Assembly: GCF_006345805.1 (NCBI RefSeq)
Contig: NC_043009.1
Coordinates: 5,332,001-5,396,000 of the forward strand
From: Octopus sinensis
Taxonomy: Eukaryota
Direction of reading: 5' to 3'
DNA length: 64,000 nucleotides
Part shown: positions 13,424 through 25,225 of the stretch, one piece after another
How positions within the stretch are numbered: position 1 is the stretch's first letter
Layout of the letters: every line of letters starts with the position of its first letter
The notes under the pieces: model-generated
Seen by the model: only the letters and a program-made list of their open reading frames with translations
Database searches by the model: none
What the model was told of the DNA's origin: nothing
Program-made: the position numbers and the translations under genes

Positions 13424-15448
13424 AATATATCCCTAGTTTAGTAAACAAGCTGAAGCTCAGCCTCTGGGCCAACTCCTCGCAGGTAGTGAAGTGGTTCTCT
13501 TCCATCCCCAATAAGAACCGTACTAGGTTCATTCAGTTTGATATCGCCAGCTTCTACCCCTCGATTAACCCTAGTGTGCTAAATAAGGCCCTTTGGCATG
13601 CTCACAACAAGGCTGGCCTCACCAGAGAAGAGATAGATATCATTTTAGTTGCCAGGAAATCGTTTATTAAGTTGATAATAAGTTGTGGATCCGTAAAGAT
13701 ACTCCCAATGAATTTGATGTGCCTATGGGTAGTTCGGATAGTGCGCAGATAGCCGATTTGGTCGGAATATATATTCTCTACGAATTGTCCGACCAATTCC
13801 CGGAGATCGCGGGCGGCCAGTATCGTGACGATTGTCTGTTTTACCTGCAAAACACCACGAACAGAATAGTGCAGAAAACTAAGAGCAGGTTAGCTAGGTT
13901 TTTTAATAGAATGGGCATGAGTATAGTTTTTGATAATGAACTCACCAAGGCTAATTCCTAGACGTTACACTTAACCTTAATAGCGACTCATACTGCCCTT
14001 ACCATAAGCCTTCCACTAATTTGAAGTATGTCAGTGTCTTCTCAAATCATGCCAAAACCGTAACAGACAATTTGGTTAAAAACATCTCTCTAAGATTGTT
14101 TGGCTTGTCCGCCAGTGCCGATATTTTTATGCAGAAAGCGGAATTTTATAACGCCGCACTATCCAAGGCCGGTTATAGGCAGAAGGTAATTTATATTGAT
14201 CCGGCCCTTCCGATGCCATCATTCGGTCATCAGGATAGGGCCGTCTTTAATAACATAAACAATTTAAGTAAGGACGGGAGCGCGGCGGATGCCGAGGCAG
14301 TCGCTCCCGCATTTAATTTAGTGAACAAGGATAATTATCGGTCCGGGAGATCTTACACTAACCCAAGACCCGTTATTCATCCGAGAATCACCCACCCGAA
14401 TGCGAGAGCTGGCGTCCCGACCCATCACACAGATAGGAATAAGCATATATGGTTTGTAATTCCCTTTGGTAAGCAGATTAGAACTAACCTCCCCCTCATG
14501 TTTAGACAAGCCTTCGCCAATAACTTCCCCAGAAATTCCAAATATTACTCCACGGTAACTCGCATAAAGTTAGGATAGCTTTCTCCAACACTAAAAACCT
14601 CACCCAGATAATCGCCTCCCATAATAATAGGCTACTACTAAGACCCTATCACCTTTTTCCGGAGGCTCAGCCTCTTCCGCTCCCGGTTTAATGCTCAGTA
14701 GGAATAATTATAGTAGTAATAATGATATGAGAGCCAGTACAGTGACACATAATCTCAGCTCCAGCCAGGGAGTACCCACTAGGGGTATAGTTATAAATAG
14801 GGGAGTTGTGGTTGACGGTAACAATGGGAGTAGGGTAGAGAGCCCCAATAGCATCCCCAGCATCATTTCCCGCAATATCAGCACCACGGGCACTAGCAAT
14901 GACAGCACTCTGATAGATAGTAGAGAATCAGGGGTTATTCCTATAGTTAATAGTGACGTAGTGGAAAATAGAGTAGTAAGCGGCTGCAGTTCTCGGAACG
15001 AATATAGTGACAGGAACGCAGTTCTAATTTCAGAAACTAATCCTAGCAGAATAAGATTCACGTCGGCGAACTCCAAGATCAAAAACGCCGTCTACCATGC
15101 AAGGTTTACACGGACTCAGATGTCTTCACTTATGTAGGGGCCTCATCGTCAAGATTGGCTTTGCGAGTCTCCAACCATTACGCAACTTTTCGGGACATGA
15201 ACAAGCGCCAGACCACGGGACTCAGCAAGCTAATATGGCGACTGAAGGATACGAACTCAAGCTACAGGCTGGAATGGTCAATTTTGTCGGAGGCCCTCCC
15301 ATTTGATAGGGGCAGAAGGCAGTGCAACCTTTGTGTCTCCGAACTCTTCCATATTTTGTTTGCCAGAGGCCGGATGGTAAACGGACTTTTACAGTCGGCT
15401 TTTCGATGCCCCCATAGGCGGCGTTACACTTATCTGGCTTTTAAATAG
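13424..15448 (+). pseudogene. PLE ORF remnant (RT motifs A-E, thumb, linker, GIY-YIG), N-terminus missing, several frameshifts
   Basis: FIQFDIASFYPSI (motif A), VPMGSSDSAQIADLVG (motif B), YRDD (motif C), LDVTLNL, IWFVIPF, GIY-YIG; frame changes near 13680, 13960, 14556 and 15097; stop at 15448. Confidence 0.9.
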
Positions 15449-16048
15449 CGTTTATAAATAATACCGGCACCCTTAGCCCTTGGTAACAAATTCTGAAATA
15501 GCCTTTAAGATATTTACGATTAACCACTGCAAGGGGAATTACTCCTGTAAGATAAACGGGGCTTGGTTTTTTGACAACGGGGGGTTACCTTGACAAGGCA
15601 GGCTCAGACGAACACACACACACATAAAACATAATATATATTTTTTTCTGCCACCCAACGGTTCTTACTGCAGTAGCCATTGTGGAGAGCGGCTTAGCCA
15701 CTGACAGCCGAGCGATCAAACGCACACACGTACACAAAAAATGGTTTCTACCCCTACGCCAGCACACACATATATAGAACAGTATACACACACTTGTCTC
15801 TAAGTAGATTTTTTCTCGCCCCTTATAAAACATCGAATATTCCTTAAATAGTCAGAACTTTATTCTCGGTCACAAAGAACATCTACACACCCCCACCCAC
15901 ATGTTGACCGCTGCCTGACCCGTTAAAATCTTCAGCCACCTGTTCTCAACATACACTGATAAACAGTTTTGCCATGGGCACTTAGGAGCCTAGTTCGATT
16001 TGTTTTGCTCCGCCTCTGTTCTGGTTTTGTTTTTTCCAACGGATTTCC

Positions 16049-16141
16049 TATTTCTTCCTGAAGAGAAAGACACAATATGGTCTCATTATTCAATCGGATT
16101 TTGGTAAATTGTGCCTTTCGAAACACGTGTAGAATGAAATA
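16049..16141 (+). ncRNA. Type I hammerhead ribozyme in the PLE 3' UTR
   Basis: Stem I TATTTCTTC/GAA(T)GAAATA; core CUGAAGA 16058-16064; stem II GAAAGACACAAT/ATTGTGCCTTTC; GAAA 16120-16123; palindromic stem III ACACGTGT; GUA ending at 16131. Confidence 0.88.
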
Positions 16142-16358
16142 AAACGATTTCTGTTCAATCTTCGTTCAGCTCCATTTCTTCAATTCACCAATAATATTTT
16201 AACTTCAATTATCCGCACCAACGCACGGTTGCAACACCATATGGTTGTACCTCCAACCATGCTGTTTTCTGCTGTGATTTTTGCTACCAAGGTATCGGTT
16301 AAACTTTTGATTAATCTGCTACAAGATTATTCATCTTTCTATTTCACATAATATATAT

Positions 16359-16411
<53 letters not shown>

Positions 16412-16616
16412 ACATATGTGCGTGCGCTTGCATACTTGAGTATATATATTATATATATATATATAATTCACGATAAGTGCGAATGCACGAAACTCTCGGT
16501 CTTGAGTAATTCTGTTGCTTCTCTTTAATAGTAAAATATATATATATATATATATACATGTGTGTTTACGAATGGTATTTTGTGTGTTTGTATGTGTGTC
16601 TCAAAGAGAGGGAGAG

Positions 16617-16658
<42 letters not shown>

Positions 16659-17230
16659 GAGAGAGAGAGAGGCAGAAGGATTTGAGAAATTGAGTGACGA
16701 ACGGAAGAACAATGACATACAGAGATACACATGAGAACATACGTGTGCCTACATATACACACATGAACACACACGCGCGCTCGCGTCCTCACACATGCAT
16801 ACCCACATCCACATATAATCGCACACAGATACACACAGATACGCACGCATACATACAGGAAAATCACTGTCCGTTGCTGCGGTTATTAAACTGAGCTGTA
16901 ATCAATTTGCTTACTTCTCAAAACAGAGTTATATATCATACAAAAGTATCAAGATTTGTTGGATAAGAACTCGTAGTCGTATGAGGAAACTTTTCAGAGA
17001 AATTGCTACATAAGGAATTGGCTGATAAGGACCATCCCTCATCAGAACCGCGCCCGCGAACAACAGGAAACTTCATGTCATCCATCCCCTCATTTAGCAC
17101 TTTAAATATCCTTAGGGAATTTCCCTACTTTTTAAGTTACCAAATTCCATTTCACTAATCGCCACATCTTCTCTATTTGAACTCCCATGCCTAACTGTAA
17201 TGCGTTGACAACATTCTGTTGTGTATTATT

Positions 17231-17583
17231 AGGAGTGGCTGTTTGGTAAGTAGCTTGCTTACGAACCACATGGTCCCGGGTTCAGTCACTCTGCATGTCA
17301 TCTTGGACAATTGTCTTCTACTATAGACTTGGGACGACCAAAGCCTTGTATATGTATATATGTGTGTGTATATGTTTGTGAGTCTTTGTCCCCCCAACAT
17401 CACTTGACAACCGATGCTGGTGAGTTTACGCCCCCGTAACTTAGTGGTTCGATAAAAGAGACCTATATAATAAGTACTAGGCTTACAAAGTATAAGTCCT
17501 GCGGACGACTTGCACGACTAAAGGCGGTGATCCAGCTTAGCGATTGTCAAATGACTGAAACAAGGAAAAGGGTAAAAGAGTAA
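17231..17583 (+). mobile_element. SINE family B, near full length
   Basis: tRNA-like head GGCTGTTTGGTAAGTAGC...GGGTTCAGTCAC, internal TATG/TG run, 3' GACTGAAACAAGGAAAAGGGTAAAAGAG. Confidence 0.8.
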
Positions 17584-18387
17584 TGGTGACATAGATCTAC
17601 ACAGACACCTTACAACGCGCTAAAAATCAACATACAATTCCAGAAATTAAACCACTTCATCGATGTCTTTTAATGAACGCAGAATATAGAGCTATACTCA
17701 CTTGCTCTAGAATAATTCTACGCATTTTAACGATAGTGCATTCGTACCCTAGACATAATCACCATCAGCTCACACTAGTATCGTTACCGTCATACTCAAT
17801 TTCTATGCCGTGTTTAAGGCGGAAGCATGGACAGCGCGTACATGACTTCAACAATCAGGTATTGCCATGATTGATTTCATAGATAATACTGCTTTTGACG
17901 TTGCATATCCTGAACTATCTTCCATCAAGGATAGTCCATATCTTGAGCGCCCGTGGCCTTGTCAACCCACTTTTTGTAAATGTGTATTAAACATGTATTA
18001 TATTTTAAAAAAATTCAGTAAGCCGAATTAAACCGAAACTTCACAAATTTCAGATTAATGCTATGTAAATATATGAATTTAAATAATGAGGGTGATGAAT
18101 TGAATATTAATTTAATTAATATCAATGTAGCCTAGCATATAGAAAAATCTGAAAATTCAGAAAAATTGTACTACATGCGTATAATAGGGATAACCACTAA
18201 GTGGACATTCAATATACTAGACAGATGCAAATATACATGTATATTTTCATCTGTTTTACCCGCTTATGTTCTGGTGTTTGCTGAATTTCTCTAGAGAACA
18301 CTATTTTCTTTGTAGTTAGATCGTAGGTGATCTTCTTCTAGCATATTTGATGTCCACTTAGTGGTCATCCCTATTATACGCATGTAA

Positions 18388-18456
<69 letters not shown>

Positions 18457-18468
18457 CGTACATATATA

Positions 18469-18794
18469 TGTCGGGATCCCCTTCGGTCACGACACAGACC
18501 ATGGGATTGCAACTAGTAAGTTACCCTCCTAGTCACATGTCTGGGCAAGGTGGTTTACGGAAGACCAGCAGTCGCCCATGCTTGCCGGCCACCATTGTTA
18601 TCCAAGGGAAAGGCAAAGACCGATACAGCTTGGCACCAGTGATGTTGCAACTCATTTCTACAGCTCAGTGAACTGGAGCAACGTGAAACAGAGTGTCTTG
18701 CTCAAGAACACAACACACAGCCCGGCCCGTGATTCGAGCTCACAACCTCACGATCGTAAGCTCAACGCCCTAACCACAGACCCATGCGCCTTCA

Positions 18795-18795
<1 letters not shown>
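18469..18795 (-). mobile_element. SINE family D (tRNA head plus CORE/Meta-like central domain)
   Basis: Minus strand GTGAAGGCGCATGGGTCTGTGGTTAGGGC...GAGCTCGAATC (A/B boxes), then TGTGTTGTGTTCTTGAGCAAGACAC; both flanks are microsatellite. Confidence 0.7.
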
Positions 18796-18845
<50 letters not shown>

Positions 18846-18981
18846 GTATATATGGATGGTTATGCGTGTGTCTATGTATACAAACATAGATGCATATTTA
18901 TGTGCATTTACATACATGCACACTCATATATATACACATGACTGTGTAAGTGAATATATATACAGATATATATATATATAT

Positions 18982-19064
<83 letters not shown>

Positions 19065-20152
19065 CGAGTTTGTGACAAATACGCCCGTATATAAATATAC
19101 GTAAATGAATGTGTGTGTATATTGCCGAGATGCAATTTTCGAAACAAATCCGCAGTATACTGACTCAACAAAATATTATAATGATAGATGGACAAAAATA
19201 TTCTCTCTTTTTTTTTTTCATGGCTTGCATATTTCAGGTATAAGGGATTAAGAATAGTCTGTCTAAAACGCAGGGTATATAGTCTTATTTACCAAGTGAT
19301 TTATGCTCCAGAATTTTGTTACGTATATGAAAAAGTATGTAGATGAGTTATTCTTGAAATACACTGTCAAGGATTAGCACAGAACTTGTATAAAGGATAT
19401 TTTTCATCTGTTCAACAGATGGAAATTCACAGCAACCACCAGCTGCAGACTATCGTTTAGTTTACTCTCACGTGTTCAAATTTTGATACTGTTTATAGCA
19501 ACCTGTTTTGATAATTATTTTATAAGTACATAAACGGAAGTCCTACGGCCATAGATCACGTAGCCGCCCATACGAACATACGCACGCACATATATCCTCT
19601 TATACAAACAAGCGCGTACACACATATACAGAAATACGCCTGCTTCTTTGTGGTTTTTGTTTGAACATGTGTTTCTATCCGTCAGGGTTTTCTCTTGGTT
19701 TTTCGAATTTTAGACTATTTTGACCACCCAAACGCTCGCTATCTATACTATAAATAAGTACTACATTTAAATACAATTAATACAATTATACGTATATATA
19801 TATATATTATATATATATATATATATATAATATATATGATCATTACAGATATATGGTAAAGAATTATTAATTTAATAATTAATACATTTTATCAAATAGT
19901 TTCGGCATAAAAAAAAAAAACATTATCGGTAAAATCTTATACAAAATGTTCCTTGTTTTTTATATATAATTAATGGTTTGGCAACAAGTTGCCTCATCAG
20001 ATATTGAACATTTAGAAATAGCAGCCAAAGACAGCTAATTCCTTTTAACTACAAATATGACTCCACAGACAACAATATAGGTGGAAAAAAATTATTTGAT
20101 TCACATATTTATTTTTATATGTTAATCTGTTTTATTTTTGATTTCTTTGTAG

Positions 20153-20236
20153 GTCCCCTTATTGCTTATACGAGAAGTGTTGAATATTAAAATCCAATTC
20201 CCCGTGTTGACGATAGCAAATTACGACTACGAAAAG
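20153..20236 (+). CDS. Candidate 84-nt coding exon of an unidentified host gene (VPLLLIREVLNIKIQFPVLTIANYDYEK)
   Basis: TTTTGATTTCTTTGTAG acceptor, AAG|GTATTC donor, length divisible by 3, only one frame open; no homology recognised. Confidence 0.25.
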
Positions 20237-20489
20237 GTATTCTAAAGGAAATAAGTGAAAAGAAGATTAAAAATTGAAGAATATTTCAACAACTCTCCTG
20301 ACACTTCGGCAAATATTCTGCACCACAGTTGCTTGTGCATCAACACACTCATGAGGCACCGATGTACAATAAGTCGAAGCGATCGTAGTGAATATTAAAG
20401 AGATTCATGAATTCCATTTTCCTTCTTTCATATTTTTATCAAACACACACACGCACAGACACACACACATATATATATATATAATATAT

Positions 20490-20536
<47 letters not shown>

Positions 20537-20763
20537 ATATATATATATAAATTCTATAATTATATCTTATGGTAGTAGAATAGTATTTTAACTGCTATTT
20601 CTAGATGTCGGTATGTGATGAAGCAAATTTTGCTGAAGCCTAATTATATTTATGCTCATAATTATAGATATTTTTGTATAAGTTTACCGATATTGGTTAT
20701 TTAACATATCGAACTACTAGTTAAAATTATTAATTATTAATTGATTAATTAATTTTCCCCTTC

Positions 20764-20788
20764 ATTATTATTATTATTATTATTATTA
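20764..20788. repeat. (ATT)8 at the 3' end of the Dong/R4 element
   Basis: Directly visible. Confidence 0.95.
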
Positions 20789-23092
20789 CATTTTTTTTCT
20801 TCTTTCAAATTTGCTTCCATTTCTTGCCGAGTGTCTTCCCGACTCCTAGGGCAAAGAAACTCATAGTATACATTGGTAGGCCATTAAACCAAACTCAATA
20901 GTTCGTTCATTAAAAAAAATTTCATTTTTTAAGTTAAATTAAAATACATGAGCAGCAACAGTTCTCACATCGACAATGCTATTCTCAATACGTGCGATGT
21001 ACCAGTTAAGACAATCTTTTGCACTTCTTGCAGGGATGGTAAGCCAGGGATCATTCTCATATAATTTTCGGTTCCCTTCTTGATCATTCCTAGTGCTCCT
21101 ACGATCACTGGTATTGTAACCGCCTTGAGATGCCACATTTTCTCAATTTCAATGAGTAGGTCTTTATATTTTCTGAGCTCGTCAAACTCTTTCGCTGAGA
21201 TATTATGATCACAGGGGATGCTCATGTCGATCAATAAGCAAACTTTATTGTTTTGGTCTTTCACAACAATATCTGGTTTATTGGCCTTGATGGTTCGGTC
21301 TGTATGTACTGGAAAGTCCCACAGAATGGTTACATTTTCTCCTTCAGTTACAGCCTCAGGGTAGTGATAATACCACTTGTCGGCAGTTTTGATATTGTAA
21401 TGCCGACTTATTAGCCAGTGTAGATATTGGCCAACTCTTTCATGACTTAATTTATACTCCACTGGTGCTAAGACTTTACATCCAGAGATTAGGTGGTCCA
21501 CTGTTTCAATCATGTCGTTGCAGAATCGGCATTTTGGGTCTGCTCCATTTTTCATCACATCGGCCTGGTAGTTCCGGGTTAATAGGCTTTGATCTTGAGC
21601 AGCCAGGATGAAACCTTCGCTCTCTGCTTTTAGCCCTGAGCTCCGTAGCCACTGATGGGTTCGCTTCTGGTCAACATCAGCTTGTTTGCTGCAGGTCACA
21701 TATTTGCCGTGCAGAGGTTTCTCCTCCCACCTATCAGCCAATTGCTCGTGCACTTTTTCGTTGCCATCATTTTCACCTTCTTTGCAACAATAGTTGCCGT
21801 ACTTCCCTCGGGTTGATCAGTTTGGGTATCCTGCACGAGATCAATAGCAAATTGTTTGCTTTCCTTTATGATAGAATGAAGCTTCTTTCGTCTCTCGTGA
21901 TTTTCCACAAGCTTTAGCAGCAAGTCATTCGATATTTCGAGATATTTGGCCAGTCCAATTGTGGTTGTTTTGTAAGCTAGTTCAAATTGGATCAGGCCTC
22001 GACCTCCTTGGGTTCTGGGAAGGTAAAGGCGATCTACGTCTGCCTTTGGGTGGTGCATCCTATTACAACTCAGCAGCTTGCGTATTTTCCTGTCTATATA
22101 CTTTACTTCACTCATATTCCAGTTCAACACATTGTAGCTATAAGTAACAACTGGAACTGCTAAGGAATTTATAGCTAACACCTTGTTACGTGCATTTAGT
22201 TCAAATTTCAGGACTGCACGAACTCTCCTATAACATTCCTTCCTGATCTTCTCTTTCATGTTTGCATGCTGAATACCAGAGCCTTCATTTATCCCTAAAT
22301 ATTTGTATGTTTGTTCTTGCTCAAGCTCTCTTATGACTGTGCCAACATCTAACACGACTGAATTTGTGGTCTTCACTTTCTCTTTCTGGAAAGTGGCCTT
22401 GGCACACCTCTCAAGTCCAAACTCCATCCCGATGTCATCGCTGAATGCTTTCACGGTGCGCAATAGGCCTTCAAGTTCATTATTGTCTTTACCATAAAGT
22501 TTTAAGTCATCCATATAAAATAGATGGGCTTATTTTTTTATTGGAAATTTTATACCCATACCCTGTTCTGTTTAATTCACTTGTAAGGGGTATTAGGGCT
22601 ATGCAGAATATTAAAGGTGAAAGTGAGTCACCTTGAAAAATTCCACAGTTGATGTTTACATTTTCTGAGGCAAGTACTCCATTAGAGTGGTATAATTGGA
22701 GATTCGTATTCCACAACGACATATTGTGCTTCAGGAAGTTTGAAATCACAGGGGAAATTTTGAAGATGTCCAGCGATCTCAAGATCCATGGATGCGGTAT
22801 ACTGTCGAAGGCCTTTTTATAGTCAATCCATGCGGTGCTGAGATTTCTGCGCTTGTTGTGACAGTTCTCAAGGATCATACGATTGACTAGCAGTTGATCT
22901 TTGCATCCGTAAGAGCCTCGGCGGCACCCTTTTTGTTCAATGGGGAAAATATCGTTCTTCTCCATGAATGCATATGTTTTCTGCGCCAGGATAGATGTTA
23001 GGATTTTATACGTGGTGGATAGATAGGTTATAGGCCGATAGTTTTTCGGAAGGTTGGTTTCGTTATTCTTTGGGAGTAGGTAAGTAATGCCA

Positions 23093-23093
<1 letters not shown>
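20789..23093 (-). mobile_element. 5'-truncated Dong/R4-clade non-LTR retrotransposon (RT, CCHC knuckle, restriction-like endonuclease), two frameshifts
   Basis: LLPK..NYRPIT, WIDYKKAFDS, GIFQGDSLSP, YMDD, CRFC-x8-H-x4-C, KPDIVVKD..LLIDMSIP..KY, PVIVGALG; ORF pieces 22507-22965, 21696-22514, 20965-21753. Confidence 0.92.

Positions 23094-23183
<90 letters not shown>
23094..23183. repeat. (ATT)30 at the 5' truncation point of the Dong/R4 element
   Basis: Directly visible. Confidence 0.95.
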
Positions 23184-23659
23184 TATATGCCGTAAAATTT
23201 ATGCACCCTCTTACTTGTAGCAAAGTGTTCTGAGAAAAGTTATATAGTACACATTACGCCATTTTATTATAGGTATCAATATTATGAATCTGAAGCAATA
23301 TGTCATGGAAGTTTTTGTTTGATGTGATTTCTTCTCAGAAACTGTGTTGCATATTAAAAAATATATACTGACTATGCAAATAATCCACCACTATTTCTCA
23401 TTATATTACACCCGCAGAAGACTTCATTATATTACACCCGCAGAAGACGTCTTGTTTGTAACACTTAAGAGATATAAGAATGTTTACGAATAAAACGACG
23501 TCGTAGAATATCATCGATACTATAATTAAAAGAATTGATTTATAATGAATAAATAAAGTTGCCCAACGTGAGACATCGATTCTAAATGTTTTCAAACCTA
23601 TTTCAAGTTCTATTTTGTATTAACGCTAACGGCATGCGGCTTTATATGTGTGTATATTT

Positions 23660-25225
23660 CACAACTCATGAAGAGAACTCCTTCACCGACCTGGCCCGCC
23701 GACCAACCCACTAGTCGCCAGCTCCCGGCCAGTTCGATTATTTTGCAAGCATCTATCAACATGTTGCGCGCCGGTTTAAATTTCTCAGGTGTCCCAAAAT
23801 CTCAACATCTCCCCGGACGAACTCTCGGCCCTTCGATATCTCCGATGCGGCAAACACATCATCATAAAACCGGCTGACAAGGGTAGAGCAGTTGTGGTGT
23901 GGCGCACGGATTTCCACAACGCTGAAGTTCTCCGCCAACTTCAAGACATCTCCTATTTCCCTTTGCCCTCCAACCCCACGTCAAGCTACCAACAGACTGT
24001 ATCCTCCACTATCCATCTCCTCCCCCGCCTCGCTCCCAACGGCTCCAACCTCATTGTCCACTTTCCATCCGTCCGCCATGTACGCCCTTCCCAGAATCCA
24101 CAAGTGCAACAATCCTGGCTGCCTCAATGTCTCCGCCTGTAACTGCCCCACGGAATTGACTCGAAATACCTCTACCGTGTCCATACCCCACATAGCGTCT
24201 TCCCTCCTACATCCATGATACTAACCATGCTCTCTATCTTTTCAACTCTTTCTCCTTCCCTTCTCGCTTCTCTAAACTTCACTCTTCATATCAAGAGTAT
24301 ATATACGGTGATCTTACACAACGAAGGACTACTTACCCTCAAATACTTCCTAGGCCTTCGACCCAACCCCCATTCTGACACGTCCACAATTCTACGTCTG
24401 GCCTAGCTTGTTCTCTCCCTCAGTTGCTTCTCAATCGCAAGGGACTTTTACCAACAGATTTTCGGGAGTGACCATGGGAACGATTATGGGCTACAAATAT
24501 GCGAACCTGTTCGTTGGTGACGTAGAGTCCCTAATATTTTCAAGATTCACTGGTCCCACTCCTGAATTGTACTGTCTTTATTTTGACGACAGTATCCGTG
24601 TGACGTCACACCCCACCGAACAGCTAGGCATCATCCAGTCTTTCCATCCTACCCTTGAATTCTTCTGCATTATTTCCAACACTTCTGTCGCCTTTCTTAA
24701 CATTTGTGTCAACATACACAACTCTGGTCTCACTAACTCCACACGTTCTCCACTAACTCAAATGTGCCAAAATTTGAAACAAAGAATGAGGCATCACACC
24801 AACTCACGCTCATACATCAATTTCTCCTCCCTCTACCTCACCCACACCTAGCTCTCCATCCCCTACTTCCAATTCCTCCGTCTGCGCAGGTTCTACAGTG
24901 ACAACCATTACTTTGAGACCCAGTCTCAACTCATGGCTAGCCACTTCATCCTTCGTGGATATCCCCTCACCACTATTCACACAGCCATTGCCAGAGCACG
25001 TTCCGTAGACCGTGCTTCTGCTCTCACGCACCGAACCCGTCCCGCCGTTTCCCGCCTCTTGTTTCCTATCGCCTACCACCCATCAATCCTGTCCCTCCAA
25101 TGCACCGTTTTCCAGACTTTCCGGCAACTCCAGCCCGAACCCTCCGCTTCTCACATCTTACCCAACCTACTCCTTCTCTCCTTCAAACGAGCCCACAACC
25201 TACGTGACCTCTTGGCATTCTCACT
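23660..25225 (+). pseudogene. Heavily degenerate second PLE RT (Neptune/Poseidon-like)
   Basis: IIIKPADKGRAVVVW, YALPRIHK, GVTMGTIMGYKYANLF, YFDD, SFKRAHNLRDLL spread over shifting frames; no GIY-YIG found downstream. Confidence 0.8.

Larger units (their letters stand above)
11688..16348 (+). mobile_element. 5'-truncated Penelope-like retroelement with long inverted repeat (arms 11688-13423 and 14470-16201), flanked by (TA)n
   Basis: Arms are near-identical reverse complements; the spacer and right arm encode RT and GIY-YIG; the 3' tail to 16348 is shared with the 29741-30396 copy; (TA)n arrays on both sides. Confidence 0.93.

Noticed and set aside
17020-17050. CTGATGAGGGA on the minus strand
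   Set aside because: Forms a simple 10-bp hairpin with no GAAAC or cleavage triplet, so not a hammerhead
23401-23448. 22-bp direct repeat with 26-bp period; similar 14-bp tandem at 59817-59865
   Set aside because: Only two or three units with no spacers; ordinary slippage duplications, not CRISPR-like
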